Part shown: positions 1-12,142 of the stretch, piece by piece | How positions within the stretch are numbered: position 1 is the stretch's first letter | Layout of the letters: the number at the start of each line of letters is the position of its first letter | NCBI GenBank assembly: GCA_951406725.2 | Contig: OX597826.1 | Span: 34,348,001-34,412,000 of the forward strand | DNA from: Octopus vulgaris | Lineage: Eukaryota | Direction: 5' to 3' | Length of the DNA stretch: 64,000 bases | Program-made: the position numbers and the translations under genes | Notes under the pieces: model-generated | The model's input: only the letters and a program-made list of their open reading frames with translations | Told to the model about the DNA's origin: nothing | The model's database searches: none

Positions 1-900
1 TAGTAGTGGTATGATCTATTACATTTATATTATCTCTGACAGGTATGGTGCACTCATTATTAGTAAGGAGGTTGCTTCCATTTGTTCCAAGAAAATTTCT
101 ATTCCTATTATTAATGAAGAGGGGCAAGTTTTCCTGGTCTAAATTCAATTTTCTATCCTTATAGAAGTGATCCAGTTTCTTGTTATTAAAAGAGGAGATG
201 ATGGTGGCTAGATTATGAGTAATGCTATATCCCACTCTAACAGTACCGTTGTTAATTAAAGGACTAAATTTATTCCTATCCTTACCAAAATGCCTAAAAA
301 TAATATTATGCAAAGCTCTCACTATGTTTGTTTTAATCTGCATTGCATACGGGATAATCAACCAAAGAGTATCCTTATCAGAATTAGGATTGCCTATAGA
401 ATTAATGTTATTTGTAAAAATCCTATTCGTAGACCAACTCATAGGATTACTATTCTTACCACTGTCATTGTTATGTCTATCTATATCAATATTACCATGG
501 TTATTGCGCAAGTAAACTTTACCATTATCATGTCTACCATAAGTTTTAATTCGTATATTATTATTAATATTACTACTACTACTCGTATGTTTAGATCTAT
601 TTGAGCTACCGTTCACCTTTCCAAGGTTAACGTCACTTCTACATTTATTATAGGTGTTATCATATATTCTGTTTTTACTATTCTTATGTATATTGTTGAT
701 TATCCTAAATCTATTTGTGTTGTTCTTGATAGTTCTACCTCCATTAGGGGGTTCCCCTTAGGTATAAACCAAATCTTACTTTTATATCCTGCCTTAAGTA
801 ATGCTGCATTGTATCTATCACAGTGTTTGTTAAAAATTTCCTCGTTTGAGGATAAACTAGAAATTCTTTGACTAATGCTACGCACTAGTGCATTTTTAAT
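1..900 (-). mobile_element. Penelope-like element (Naiad-type) ORF remnant: RT thumb and linker toward GIY-YIG
   Basis: Minus-strand translation gives KNALVRSISQRISSLSSNEEIFNKHCDRYNAALLKAGY, then WLIIPYAMQIKTNIVRALHNIIFRHFGKDRNKFSPLINNGTVRVGYSITHNLATIISSFNNKKL. This matches the PLE pattern WFNPP..VKTNIG..KHFP..IFN.NTVKVSYS..N..IISSHN. It is interrupted by a stop at about 700 and runs off the window edge. Confidence 0.75.
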
Positions 901-904
901 TTGA

Positions 905-1025
905 GATATATATATATATATATACATACATAGATATGTATACATATATATATGTATACATATATATGTATGTGTGTATACATATATATGTTTTATGTGT
1001 GTACGTATGTTTGTATGTATGTATA
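905..1025. repeat. compound (TA)n/(TG)n microsatellite
   Basis: Visible directly. Confidence 0.9.
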
Positions 1026-1599
1026 TTCGAGTGTGTCTGTTAGACCTTTTTTGTCCGAACTATAAATGATTGTCCGGGTAACTGATCTAGTCATAAACAA
1101 AGGAAACCAATCGGAACATAGCTGTAAAAATTATATACATTTATAGATATTTTTATTTAAAGCTCTCTTTTATGTTCGATTCTCATTCGTGCTCGTATTC
1201 TCTTGACAGACACAGACATGATAACAGAAATATAATCGATTACTTCTAAATGGTATGTACTCGGAACGAACGCAAAGATCGATGGAGGACCATTGATTTG
1301 GCTATGTTTTAAATCCGTCGGCTTCTCAGTCATTTGTATGCGTTAAATTCATTGCAACAATGTTTTAATGGATTGAATGAGATCAAATTAATGAAGTCAT
1401 TGGCATATGGTATCAAAAGATAAAGTAAAAATGAAAACAAAAAGGAAAACAGACGTGATTGACGAATCAGCGTCGGCGACACCTCTTTGATGTTACATTT
1501 GCATAAGTTCTTCAATAATTCCAATTCAGTTTTGATATTTGTATTGAAAAAATGGTACAACTTTGAGTGTTTTCATGACTTAACGCAGCGGTCTTGGTG

Positions 1600-2130
1600 A
1601 TTTATTATATTAGCAAGAGCACTCAGGGCTTGGTTATGTCACTAGGTATCATTTACAAGGGATGGCTTGCTTGTGACGAGATCATTCTTCAACGAAGTAT
1701 TTTGAATGCAACGATGGCAATTGGCAGTGTCACCCCAACATCATTGATAAATACTAACCTGAAAAGGGAACACAACCTACACCGCTTTCTAAACACCTTA
1801 CAAACTGTGGTACAATCTCCCAGCCCCACCTCGTATATTGACTGCCTCACACTTCAACCTGTGTGGCACACTTCATCATTGTAACAATGAATATGTTTGG
1901 TCGCAATAACATGCCTGCTTTTATTATCCTCTCAGAGTATTGGTTTCCTTTGTTCGGCCTAAACCATGCTCGTGTGCAAACATGTCTCATGTTCCATCTC
2001 GAGAATGGCTTCTCCAGTGGCATTATCGTTTCTCATATTTCTGGTCATTCTTGTTCAAACACTATTTTCTGGGCACATTAATGAGATCAACAATATCGCG
2101 TACCCTTTGTGGACACTGGATGTTTGCTGG
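1600..2130 (+). mobile_element. possible degenerate L1/Tx1-like LINE 3' remnant
   Basis: Higher-complexity segment with fragments such as PVWHTSSL and HVPSREWLLQWH that recall the zf-RVT region; heavily decayed. Confidence 0.25.
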
Positions 2131-2137
2131 AATATTC

Positions 2138-2378
2138 TGGGCTGTGCGTTGTGTTCTTGAGCAAGAAGCAAACACTTTATTTCACGTTGCTCCAGTGTAG
2201 AAATGAGCTGCAGCATCACTGGTTCCAAGCTGTATCGGTTTTTGCGTTTCTCTTGACGTGGAGAAGGAAGGTTGGTGTGCATGGCCGACTGCTGGTCTTC
2301 CACAAAACAACCTTGCTCAGGTTGGAGGGTAAATTTCTAGGTGCAATCCCATGGCCATTCATGACTGAAGGGGACTTT
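2138..2378 (+). mobile_element. 5'-truncated tRNA-derived SINE
   Basis: Central domain gtgttcttgagcaag..cactttatttcacgttgctccag..gtagaaatgag and tail ending gcaatcccatggccattcatgactgaaggggacttt; resembles a recurrent octopus SINE from memory. Confidence 0.6.
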
Positions 2379-2570
2379 ATTTATATATAAAAAATCAACC
2401 TCACTCTTAGAAACTCACAAGCAAATCTTTCCATTATTTTCGAATTTATTACTAGTACTTCACAGCATGCATACGTAAACAAACGCATACAAACACGTAC
2501 GCACAGTAGTGTAAAATGATTTTATCTATAGACGTATGTTCATATATATGTGCATATGTATGTGTCAAAG

Positions 2571-3033
2571 AGTGTGGCCTTGAGGTTAGATCGTTCGGCT
2601 CATGATATTAAAACGTGGGTTCGATCACAGGGACGCGTGGTTCATTTTGTTCTTAAGAAAAGTTTTTACGTTAATGTCGTTCCAGATTGCCTAGATACAA
2701 TGAGCACGATCTAGGATGCTGCTATACCCCTTTCCGCCTTACTCACATGTAACCTGGATGTCTCATTGGGTTGCGATGTGTGTGTCATCACGCAAGAACA
2801 TGGGCTCTGACAGCCAGCCGCAATGATATATGTGCGTGTGTGTTGTGTTTCTGTTGTACCTGCAATTCGATAGGCCAGCCTTGTCACAACCTGTGTCACG
2901 CTGAATCTCCCCAAGAACTACGTTAAGAGTACACGTGTTTGTGGAGTGCTCAGCCATTTGCATGTTAATTTCACGTGCAGGCTATTGATCAGATCAACTG
3001 GAACCCTCGTCATTGTAACCGACAGAGAGCCAC
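2571..3033 (+). mobile_element. tRNA-derived SINE, degenerate, sharing its 3' half with 62733-63117
   Basis: A-box-like gtggccttgaggttag and B-box ggttcgatc. The tail gtgtcacgctgaatctcccc..gtggagtgctcagcca..gaaccctcgtcattgtaaccgac aligns to 62970-63110. Confidence 0.8.
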
Positions 3034-3264
3034 GACTTCACATATATATATGTGTGTGTATCAAATGAAATAAATGAAAAACAGGACACAAAAGATACTG
3101 CGGTACATATGTTTCGAGCTTTATAGAACACCCTATTCTTACATCAATGCATAATCGACATCAATGCATATATATATATATATATATATATATAAACATA
3201 TATAGAGAGACATACATACATACATACATACATACATACATACATACATACATACATACATACG

Positions 3265-3306
<42 letters not shown>

Positions 3307-3457
3307 TTCACATAAAAATATCGTGTACATTAAAACACATTAAGAGGCTTCCAAATAGGAAAGCCTTGTGCTAGAAAGAGTAGTAGAAGACTCAAACCAC
3401 TAATTAGGGATAAATTCTCGAAAAGAATGAAAATTAAAACGTTTGCCATCTAATTTA

Positions 3458-3533
3458 GCTCCTAGACCATGGTTTCTGACTAATTTTAGTAAAAAAATAT
3501 ATTTACCGAAGCCAGTCTTCATCAGCAGGTAGC
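3458..3533 (-). ncRNA. minimal type-I hammerhead ribozyme (Penelope pLTR type)
   Basis: Minus strand: gctacctg-CTGATGA-a-gactgg...ttagtc-a-GAAAC-catg-GTC-taggagc. Both core boxes are intact, stem I and II pair, stem/loop III is palindromic (ACCATGGT) and the cleavage triplet is GUC. Confidence 0.75.
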
Positions 3534-3620
3534 CTTTAGATTTTAAATATACGCACAAATAGAGCAGCATGTAAACTCGCTGCCTGCATATTCTAACTTT
3601 TTAATTCCACTGTGCAGACG

Positions 3621-3651
<31 letters not shown>

Positions 3652-4369
3652 CATGTGTGCGTGTGTGCGCGGGCGCGTATTTCTAATCGTGTATTAAAGC
3701 AGATATTGTTACATTTCGAGATGGCAAGAAGAGAAGTTTTTGACTATCGGTTGTCAGTCAAGTTTCCAGTGACCGGCTAGTGCCGGGCAATCTGCTCATC
3801 TACCGTGCTGCTTGCGCTCTTGTACATCACTTGACACACGGCAGGGAAGCCCCGAAAGGTTGTCTGATTGGTTGAGGGCTTGCCTTACTCACGTCCAACG
3901 CGTTTCGTTCAGAGAACAGGTCTGAACTGAGACGTCAACGGCGAACTACGACGTACAGCCATCGCCGACAACGACGATCACGATTATATATACATATGTA
4001 TACATATATAAACATATATATATACATACATAAACACACTGACAATCACACACACACATATACATATAAATGCATATGTATACACATACACGCTCACGCA
4101 TGCACACACACACAAACACACACACACATATATACATATATATGCGTGGGTATGTATCTGTGTGTGTGTGTGTTGATGAGTTTGTGTGTTCCTGTGTTGG
4201 TATGTAACTTATCTTTTTAGTATTCATGTCAGTACTTTTACGAAGTGATGGCAGAATATGTACGGATGTCTGATTACAAAATTTTGCAGCTATAGGAACG
4301 GTTGGACTGTTTATTACTTACGTTATCAACTCCTTTACACAAGAATCAGAACGAAAATATTTGGTTGTC

Positions 4370-4700
4370 AATACACATTTACTCTTATATATACGATGCT
4401 GAGAAAATCTATTTCTATTTGCACGTCACTGTCTCACTGACTGAAAACACATTCATTACTATCTACACGGCACTATTTCATTGATCGAATACATATTTAT
4501 TATTATCTACACGGCACAGTCTCATTGACCGAATACACATTTATTACTATCTACACGGCACTGTCTAGTGTACTGAATACACACTTATATTTATACTTAA
4601 ACCAAATTGTCTGATTGACTGGATACCTATTTCGTGCTATATACACGGTACTGTCTGATTAACTGAATACATATTTACACCTACCTACACGGCACAGTGA
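4370..4700. repeat. minisatellite, about 44-bp unit, about 7 diverged copies
   Basis: Unit approximately tacacggcactgtctcattgaccgaatacacatttattactatc, repeated in tandem. Confidence 0.85.
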
Positions 4701-5844
4701 GACTGACAAAATAGTATTTGTAGCCATGTTGCTAAGAAGACACAACAGAAACCTGCTATCAGAAAGCAATCAGTTCTATTTAAAGAGATGACCTCTGTGG
4801 AAAACAACTCTCTTCATTCATTGAATAATAATAAACGTAATCGTTAATTAATTAATTAGTATATTAATTAATTTGTCTCCCAACAAGAAAACTAATTAAT
4901 CAAATAATTATATTATTGAATCGTTGTTGAAAATATTTTGAGGAAATATTGAACGTTCTATCAGTAAGCAGAATAATGGATTCCTTTGTGAAAGCCAGCG
5001 TTAGTCAATTGCTGCACGTCTTTGGTGATAAGGATGTCCCCCGCCATTAAGAAATAGTCAAGTAATCGAATATCATGAGAAAAGCAAAGCATAACATATC
5101 CAGCACCAGGTTTCTTTTTTGGTTTTCCTTCATTTTCACACTGAATTCGGTAAAAGTGTTTAATTGTTAGCGTCATAATCGTCGCCATCTTTGCCATCAA
5201 CACCATCACCACTGTCGTCGTCGTCGTCGTAGCCTTCCTCTTCTTCCTCCTCCTCAAAATCATTAATGTTTCCGTCATCGTCATCATCATCACTATCATC
5301 GTCGTGACGAGGCCATAGCCATCCTCATGATTATTGTCGTCGTCGTAATTTTCAATGTCCACCTCACCATCGTCAGCATAATTTTTTCAACATCAATATA
5401 ATTTATATCACGAAGAAGAAGAAGAAGAGCAACAGCAACAGCATAAACAACGCAGAATCATGTGAGTTACAGAAAGGTATTCTTCGTTAAGCATTTCTTG
5501 CAGTCCTTTGGATTGTGAGTTAATATCCTGCCAGGATTAACTTTCACTTCCATCCGGGTTCGATAGAATAAATTGGCACTCGTCTACTCAACTCTTGTTA
5601 AAACTCCCTCCCTTCTATTTAGAGAAGAAGCAATTATTTTGCATTACTGTTCATGCAACAATTGTCTAATTTTATTAGATATCATCAAACTTTCTTTGCT
5701 ATCATTTCCTATGCGAATGGTGTCTGTGGGTAATTTCACTTCATCACAGGACACAGCAAATGCTAGGCATTCTTGATACAGTTATTCGGCTTGTTTTTCT
5801 TTTAAAGATACGCTCGCTTTATTATTCTGAAACGTATGTTAAAT

Positions 5845-6066
5845 CTATACAATACTGATTTGAAATTTTAGCACAGAACAAAGCAATTTCGAGATGAGGC
5901 TAAATCGATTGGATCAAAACCAGTGCTCATTTGTAACTTATTTCGTAAGTACCGAAAGGATGAAAAGCAAAGTCGACCTCGCCGGAATTGAACTAAGAAT
6001 GTGAAGACAAACGAAATGTCGGTAACCATTTTGCCCAGAGTGCGAACGATCCTGCCAACTCGCCAC
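5845..6066 (-). mobile_element. tRNA-derived SINE with Deu/Nin-like central domain, degenerate
   Basis: Aligns to the adjacent copy 6111-6327 (gaaaggatgaaaagcaaagtcgacctcg). Confidence 0.8.
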
Positions 6067-6110
6067 TACCTTTAAATAACTTATGACTTGTTCAGGTAAA
6101 TCTTATATAA

Positions 6111-6327
6111 TATTCTTTTCTACACTAGGCACAAGGCTCGAATCTTTTCGGGAGAGGGTCAGTCAATTAGATCGACACCAGTACGCAACTGGTACTTAAT
6201 TTATCAACCTCGAAAGGATGAAAGGCAAAGTCGACCTCGGCGGAATTTGAACTCAGAACGTAAAGACAGACGATATACCGCTAAGCATTTCGCCCTGCGT
6301 GCTAACGTTTCTGCCAGCTCGCCGCCA
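6111..6327 (-). mobile_element. tRNA-derived SINE with Deu/Nin-like central domain
   Basis: Minus strand ggcggcgagctggcagaaacgttagc..gagttcaaattcc (B-box)..gtcgactttgcctttcatcctttcg..aagtaccag; imperfect TSD tcttat(at)ataatatt on both flanks. Confidence 0.85.
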
Positions 6328-7088
6328 TAATTCTTATATAATATTAAACCGCAGAACAAAGAAGAATAAACAATCCCTATAACAATTTTGGGAGATATGT
6401 TGCATAATTTTGCATCTTAGCCTCGAGATAGAAAATAAATTTGTGGATGCGCGATTAATGATCTCTGCTTCCACGAAGGAAGTATCTAAAATAGTGTCTG
6501 CAAATGCAGTAGGCGTTATATACCGACTAAACACTAAGCGGGATGTGTATATATGTGTGCGTGTGTGTGTGTGTGTGTGTATGTATAAGGAGAAGAATCA
6601 CAATAAAGGCATTGATGTTAGAATATTTAATTCTTTGAAACGAAAGCATCTTATAGTCTCTATCATGTCAAATCATAAAGAAGTTCCAGAATTCCATGAA
6701 AAGCTGAAAGTGATTTGCTACAGTGAGTGTGTGATGCCGAAAAAGTAGGAAAGATCTAACGTTTTCAAAAAAGAAAAAAAAAACAGCAGTTATTATTTCA
6801 GCCATTTATAGATTTAGTGACAGTAGAATGTGAAAATTGTAAATTAACTGCTCCATTTGAAAGTATCTACTTTTATCATGCCAAGATTTTAGTGAGAACT
6901 TTCAGCAGACACTGGAAATTTAGACATTATTTTTCGCACTTTTACATTCGCAGCAGTACACATAAGCGTACAAGATTTTAAGAAATAGAAAGGAAAAGGA
7001 ATAAGTATCGAAATCAACCAAACATGTCAAAGTGATAAATAAATTTAAAAAATGTAAGTGATAACATAATGACACAAGGAAGAAGAAC

Positions 7089-7093
<5 letters not shown>

Positions 7094-7184
<91 letters not shown>

Positions 7185-7235
7185 TAATAGTAATAATAAT
7201 AATAATAATAATAGTAATAATAACAACAACAACAC
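7094..7235. repeat. (AAT)n microsatellite
   Basis: Visible directly. Confidence 0.95.
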
Positions 7236-7512
7236 CAATAAGTATACTATTTCCAATGTGATGATAATATTGTGATTTTTAAGAAGTGAAAAACAGTGGA
7301 ATAAATATAAATGCATATGTGATATTCCGAAAAAATATTATGTTGATAGGCGTAGTAAAGAAATCAAGACTCAGAGAATGGATATGATATTGAGAGAAAG
7401 GTGTATGAGAAATGCTTAAGCAACAATCAACGACAAGGCTATATATCTCTCTAGATATGGATATGATACATACAGTGAAAAATTATGCGTTTTTTGATAA
7501 CACCATATGAAA

Positions 7513-8340
7513 CTTTATATATATATATATATATAATACATATGAGAGAAATTCTGTCTGTGGGTGTGTTTGTGGAGTTCGTAGCTAACTTCTAAATCGT
7601 TTTATCGATTTTGATGAAATTTGACACGTGGGTAGAATTCATGTCTGGAACCTCAAGGTATACTCAGATATGTTGAAAATATCGATAATAAGGCCCCTGG
7701 AAAGGATTCTTATATATAGCCAAGGGAAATAACCAATTCATTTTCCTAAATTATTTGGTAAAAGTGAAATTGTGTATGCTTATTTTTTAGTATTTGAACT
7801 GTTAGAGTTATTTTCGAAATTTATCTAAACAACAGATCCACTTATTTCGGTTAGTGACTTATTCACGAATATACTAACACTAGCACGCATGAGGGTAATA
7901 TTCTCTGGAGACGCACAAAAGCCCTTTTCGGAATTATTTACTTTGAATTGTTATTATCTCATATCTGATTAGCCTGTTATTACGTAACGTGTTTCACGAT
8001 TTTAGTATACGTACCTTATTAGTTTCTCTTCGTGTGTTCTATATTCTCTGGGAACGAATTAAAGCCCTTTTCGGAGCTACTTTATTTGAATTCTTACAAT
8101 CAGGTAACTAATGTCTTGTTATTACATAACTGACTACCAAATTTGGGTATTTACAAGTTATGGAGAATTCATAAAAATAAGATCCTGGGTAAGACAGTTC
8201 GGTATTCTCTGTAAATGCACAAAACCCGTTTTAAGGGCTACATACTTTGTATTGTTGTAATCGGATTAGCGAAACAACTATGAGAACGGAACCAAGGGAT
8301 AAGACCTGCTTTCCCGGGAATCACCGGGTACGTAAGGTAG
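7513..8340 (+). mobile_element. non-autonomous Helitron with three internal ~140-160 bp repeats
   Basis: 3' hairpin cccgg-gaatca-ccggg followed by GTAG|T (degenerate CTAG). The 5' region atcgattttgatgaaatttgacac resembles 61255-61275. Internal repeats beginning tattctctg at about 7899, 8042 and 8203. Confidence 0.65.
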
Positions 8341-9060
8341 TATATATATATATATATATATATATATACTTATGTATTAGTGTTTATATATGTATGCATC
8401 TATATATGAAGAGAGAGAACAACTAACTGAGAGCTGCCATTGATTGATGATACGGAATCAACTTTGACAACGGTTCTTTTAAACTCGATGCGAATAGCGA
8501 CGATTGTATCTCTTCTGGATCACAGAACTCTACACCCTTGAGTGTATCAATAGAAATTTATACCTACTGTACCACGCGGAAGTCAAGTGTTACACTATAA
8601 AGATAGTAAAGAAAAGGCATTAATTGGAATATAGATAACGACAGTAGCCAGTGTTGCCAGATTTGGTTACAATAAGCTGACTTGACTGTTTCACTGCTAC
8701 ATGCTAATTGTAGGGAACTTTGGGCGAGTATTTCCGTCTATTTTTGATCCCACACTAAGTGGTAGTTTACAATCTCTTTACAATTTACTATATTTAATTT
8801 TAGTGACTCATATAGAACAAATATACTAAAGAATTGCGGAAGCCCGTGAACGATTATTAGAATGCGTAACTAAATATCTTATGATGAAATTTTACTGTAT
8901 TAAAAAGAGTATATTTGTGACTGTGTTCATGAGTGAAGAGGAATATCATGAAGAAAGGTGGCTTATTTAGAATAGAGTTGTCCGAGATGAAAGATGAACT
9001 TGGGCCAAACAGCAACTACAATAAAACTACAAGCGTAAAGACATTGTACAATGTCGTTGC

Positions 9061-9458
<398 letters not shown>

Positions 9459-9467
9459 TGCTGAAAG

Positions 9468-9933
9468 ACTCTCACCATTACTTTCCACGTGCCCCATAAC
9501 TTACCTATCTCGTCCCGCAGTGGCTGGCATTTCTCAATCTTTTCTGTTTCCTCACATTACACTCTCGAATCGCCTGCTATTGCAACATCTATTATCTTTA
9601 CTTCTTTTTCATCTTGATGGATGAGCACGATATCTAGTAATACCGTTGATAGTAACATTGCGTGTAGTTATTATTCTCGGTCATACCTTCTGGTGTATAC
9701 TCATACCTTCTCAATGTCCTTTCAGCACCGTACTTCTCACACAATCTCCAATGAACATACTTAGCTATGTTATCATGTCTCTTTTTGCATTGTTTTTGAG
9801 CGAATTTGCTTCACTCACTCACTCACAATATGTGAGAGTAGAATTTTTGCTGCAACACGTCCAACAAAGGGGTAACTCACTACTCTTATCTGTTTGCAGC
9901 TTGGTGTAATTAGTTTTCAGAACTTGTTCCACC
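9468..9933 (-). mobile_element. R4/Dong-clade LINE fragment (CCHC and RLE domain), same family as 49960-51125
   Basis: Minus-strand translation EQVLKTNY..PLCWTC..HIVSE..KRHDNIAKYVHWRLC..DIVLIHQDEKEVKIIDVAIAGDSRV..IGKLWG; DNA matches 50716-50880. Confidence 0.85.
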
Positions 9934-9986
9934 TACTACTACTTCTAGGGAGAGTTTACGAAAAAAAACAAAAGACGAAGACAGGT

Positions 9987-10013
9987 ACTACTACTACTAC
10001 TACTACTACAACA

Positions 10014-10056
<43 letters not shown>

Positions 10057-10246
10057 GCACTACTACTACTGCTTCTGCTGCTGCTGTTACTAACATCACT
10101 AAATCCGCCCCACCGCCACTACCACCACCATCACCACGACGACGACCACTGCCCTACCACAATCATTACTATTACTACTACTAGTGCTACTGCTGCTGTT
10201 ACTAACACCACCAGAACCACCCCACCACTACCACCGCCAGCATCAT

Positions 10247-10281
<35 letters not shown>

Positions 10282-10430
10282 TTACTACTGCTGCTGCTAC
10301 TACTACTACTACTACTACTACTGCTACAGCTACTGCTGTTACTAACACCGCCAAAACCACGCCACCACCGTTACTATCATCACCACGACCACCACCATCA
10401 TTACTACTACTACTACTACTACCATCATCA
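9987..10430. repeat. compound (ACT)n/(ACC)n/(GCT)n low-complexity array
   Basis: Visible directly. Confidence 0.9.
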
Positions 10431-11199
10431 TTATAGAAATATGCGTACGTTTGTATTTTTAGCGTAAGCTTCAGCAAAAATAGATGCATACCTTGTTAAA
10501 GCTTAACACTGTTATGAACTTTCTAGTTGGTGCATTATTTAATTGTCTAGGAAATAAATGGTTTGCTGATCAGTGCTCTCCACTGAAAGCTGATAGAAAT
10601 AACGTTCCTAGATATCACTGCGAACGAATAAAAAAATAGATATATTCAACGAAAAATTCATGGAAATCTACTTTTCTTCCAAACTGTTTGTTTCTATGTT
10701 GATAATACCATTTCCATTATTATTTCTGTTTTTTATTCCTTTCGCTTTGGTTTCTATTGTTTTGTTTTATACAAGTACATCTTTCAAGTACATTAATATT
10801 TTTCGGCGAATAGTTCTTTACTCAACCTGAGACGGAATTGTCAACAGATTCACTCTTTAGCAAGAGATTTCACATGAATAGAATATATTATAAACACGGA
10901 AAGGTTTTCCAATAACAATAATGATGCGGTTGATGACGATGATAATAATAATATTAAGAAAGAATGATAATGATGATACTAGCAATAAAACTACTACTAC
11001 TGCTGCTGCTGTTGCTGCTGCTGTTTATGATTATGATGATAACAAAATCATTCAGGTTACACCAACGTTCTCTCAACGATTAGCCAGAGATGGTTTTGAA
11101 AATGAGAATATCTGAAATAAACACGACTGCTCTCACAAACGAGACTACTAAAAATGAACCCAACCGCTCTCAAAAATTAAGTGAAAAAAAGAAACAAGA

Positions 11200-11353
11200 A
11201 AAATAATCTAGAATCCTTGTCCAGAACCGTATCCATCCCAACATCCCTGTAAGTTTCATATGAATCCATCCAATGGTTCTTGGGATCCCTTGTCCAAGGA
11301 ACAAACAAACATGACTGAAAACAATACCTCAGACTTCGCTAGGGCGGAGGTAA
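11200..11353 (+). mobile_element. Helentron-associated (HINE/DINE-like) non-autonomous 3' end
   Basis: aagtttcatatgaatccatcc..caaacaaaca..gaaaacaatacctc..ggcggaggtaa: typical short-repeat plus terminal acctc/gaggt hairpin. Confidence 0.5.
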
Positions 11354-11364
11354 CAACAGTAACT

Positions 11365-11910
11365 GATGATGTTGCTTTTGACTGCCCATCCCTCGCTGAA
11401 AAAGATTACCTTATAAGGCATGGCAAACCAGGGAAGTACATCCACTGGAATGCTTCTAAATACTACAAAATTAAATTCCACAGACACTATGCAGAGTATG
11501 TAGTAAATGGTAAGGGTGTCACAATCGTTTCGAACTTCCCAATTCAGACAGACAGAAAATTGGCTCCAAATGACCATACTTGTCTGTTAATTACCCAACA
11601 ATATCAAAATAACAAAAATCTGGAAGCTTAGTACTACGATAATACTATTAGTATTTGGTGCGCTGGCAAAGAGAAAAAAGAGAGCTGAGAAGCAACTCCC
11701 TAGTAACTCCAGTCTCCGTGAACTACAAAATATAAACTTGATGTGTACAACCCATATACTACGGAAAGCACTCTACATCTAAAATGGAATAAATGTGATG
11801 ATAATTTTAGCATGCATAGAAAAACAAATGCGCCCTTGCTACTTTTGGCCTCCGGAGGATGCCCGGTAATAAGGCAGCTGAAATAACGTGATAACGAAAG
11901 GAAACTATAA

Positions 11911-11911
<1 letters not shown>
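11365..11911 (+). mobile_element. R4/Dong-clade LINE 3' fragment, degenerate (family C)
   Basis: CPSLAEKDYLIRH..YIHW..GVTIVSNFPIQTDRK; the 3' UTR matches 36830-36940; ends in (TAA)n. Confidence 0.85.
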
Positions 11912-11979
<68 letters not shown>

Positions 11980-12142
11980 TGGTGGTGATAATGATGATAG
12001 TGATAATAATGGTGATGATAATAACAATAATAAGCCGACTACGGCTGCTATAATGGTACGATTATAATTGTAACGGCAATGATGGCCGTCTCCTCACGAG
12101 CCAACCAAAGCTAAAAAATGATAACATTATCGTAGCACCAAA

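Noticed and set aside
4370-4700. Regularly spaced repeats as a CRISPR array
   Set aside because: Contiguous diverged units without unique spacers, eukaryotic context, no cas genes
4961-5362. 133-aa minus-strand ORF
   Set aside because: Half of it is low-complexity repeat and the remainder has no recognisable domain
8650-8665. cagtgttgccagat hAT-like terminal repeat
   Set aside because: No matching opposite end or TSD found
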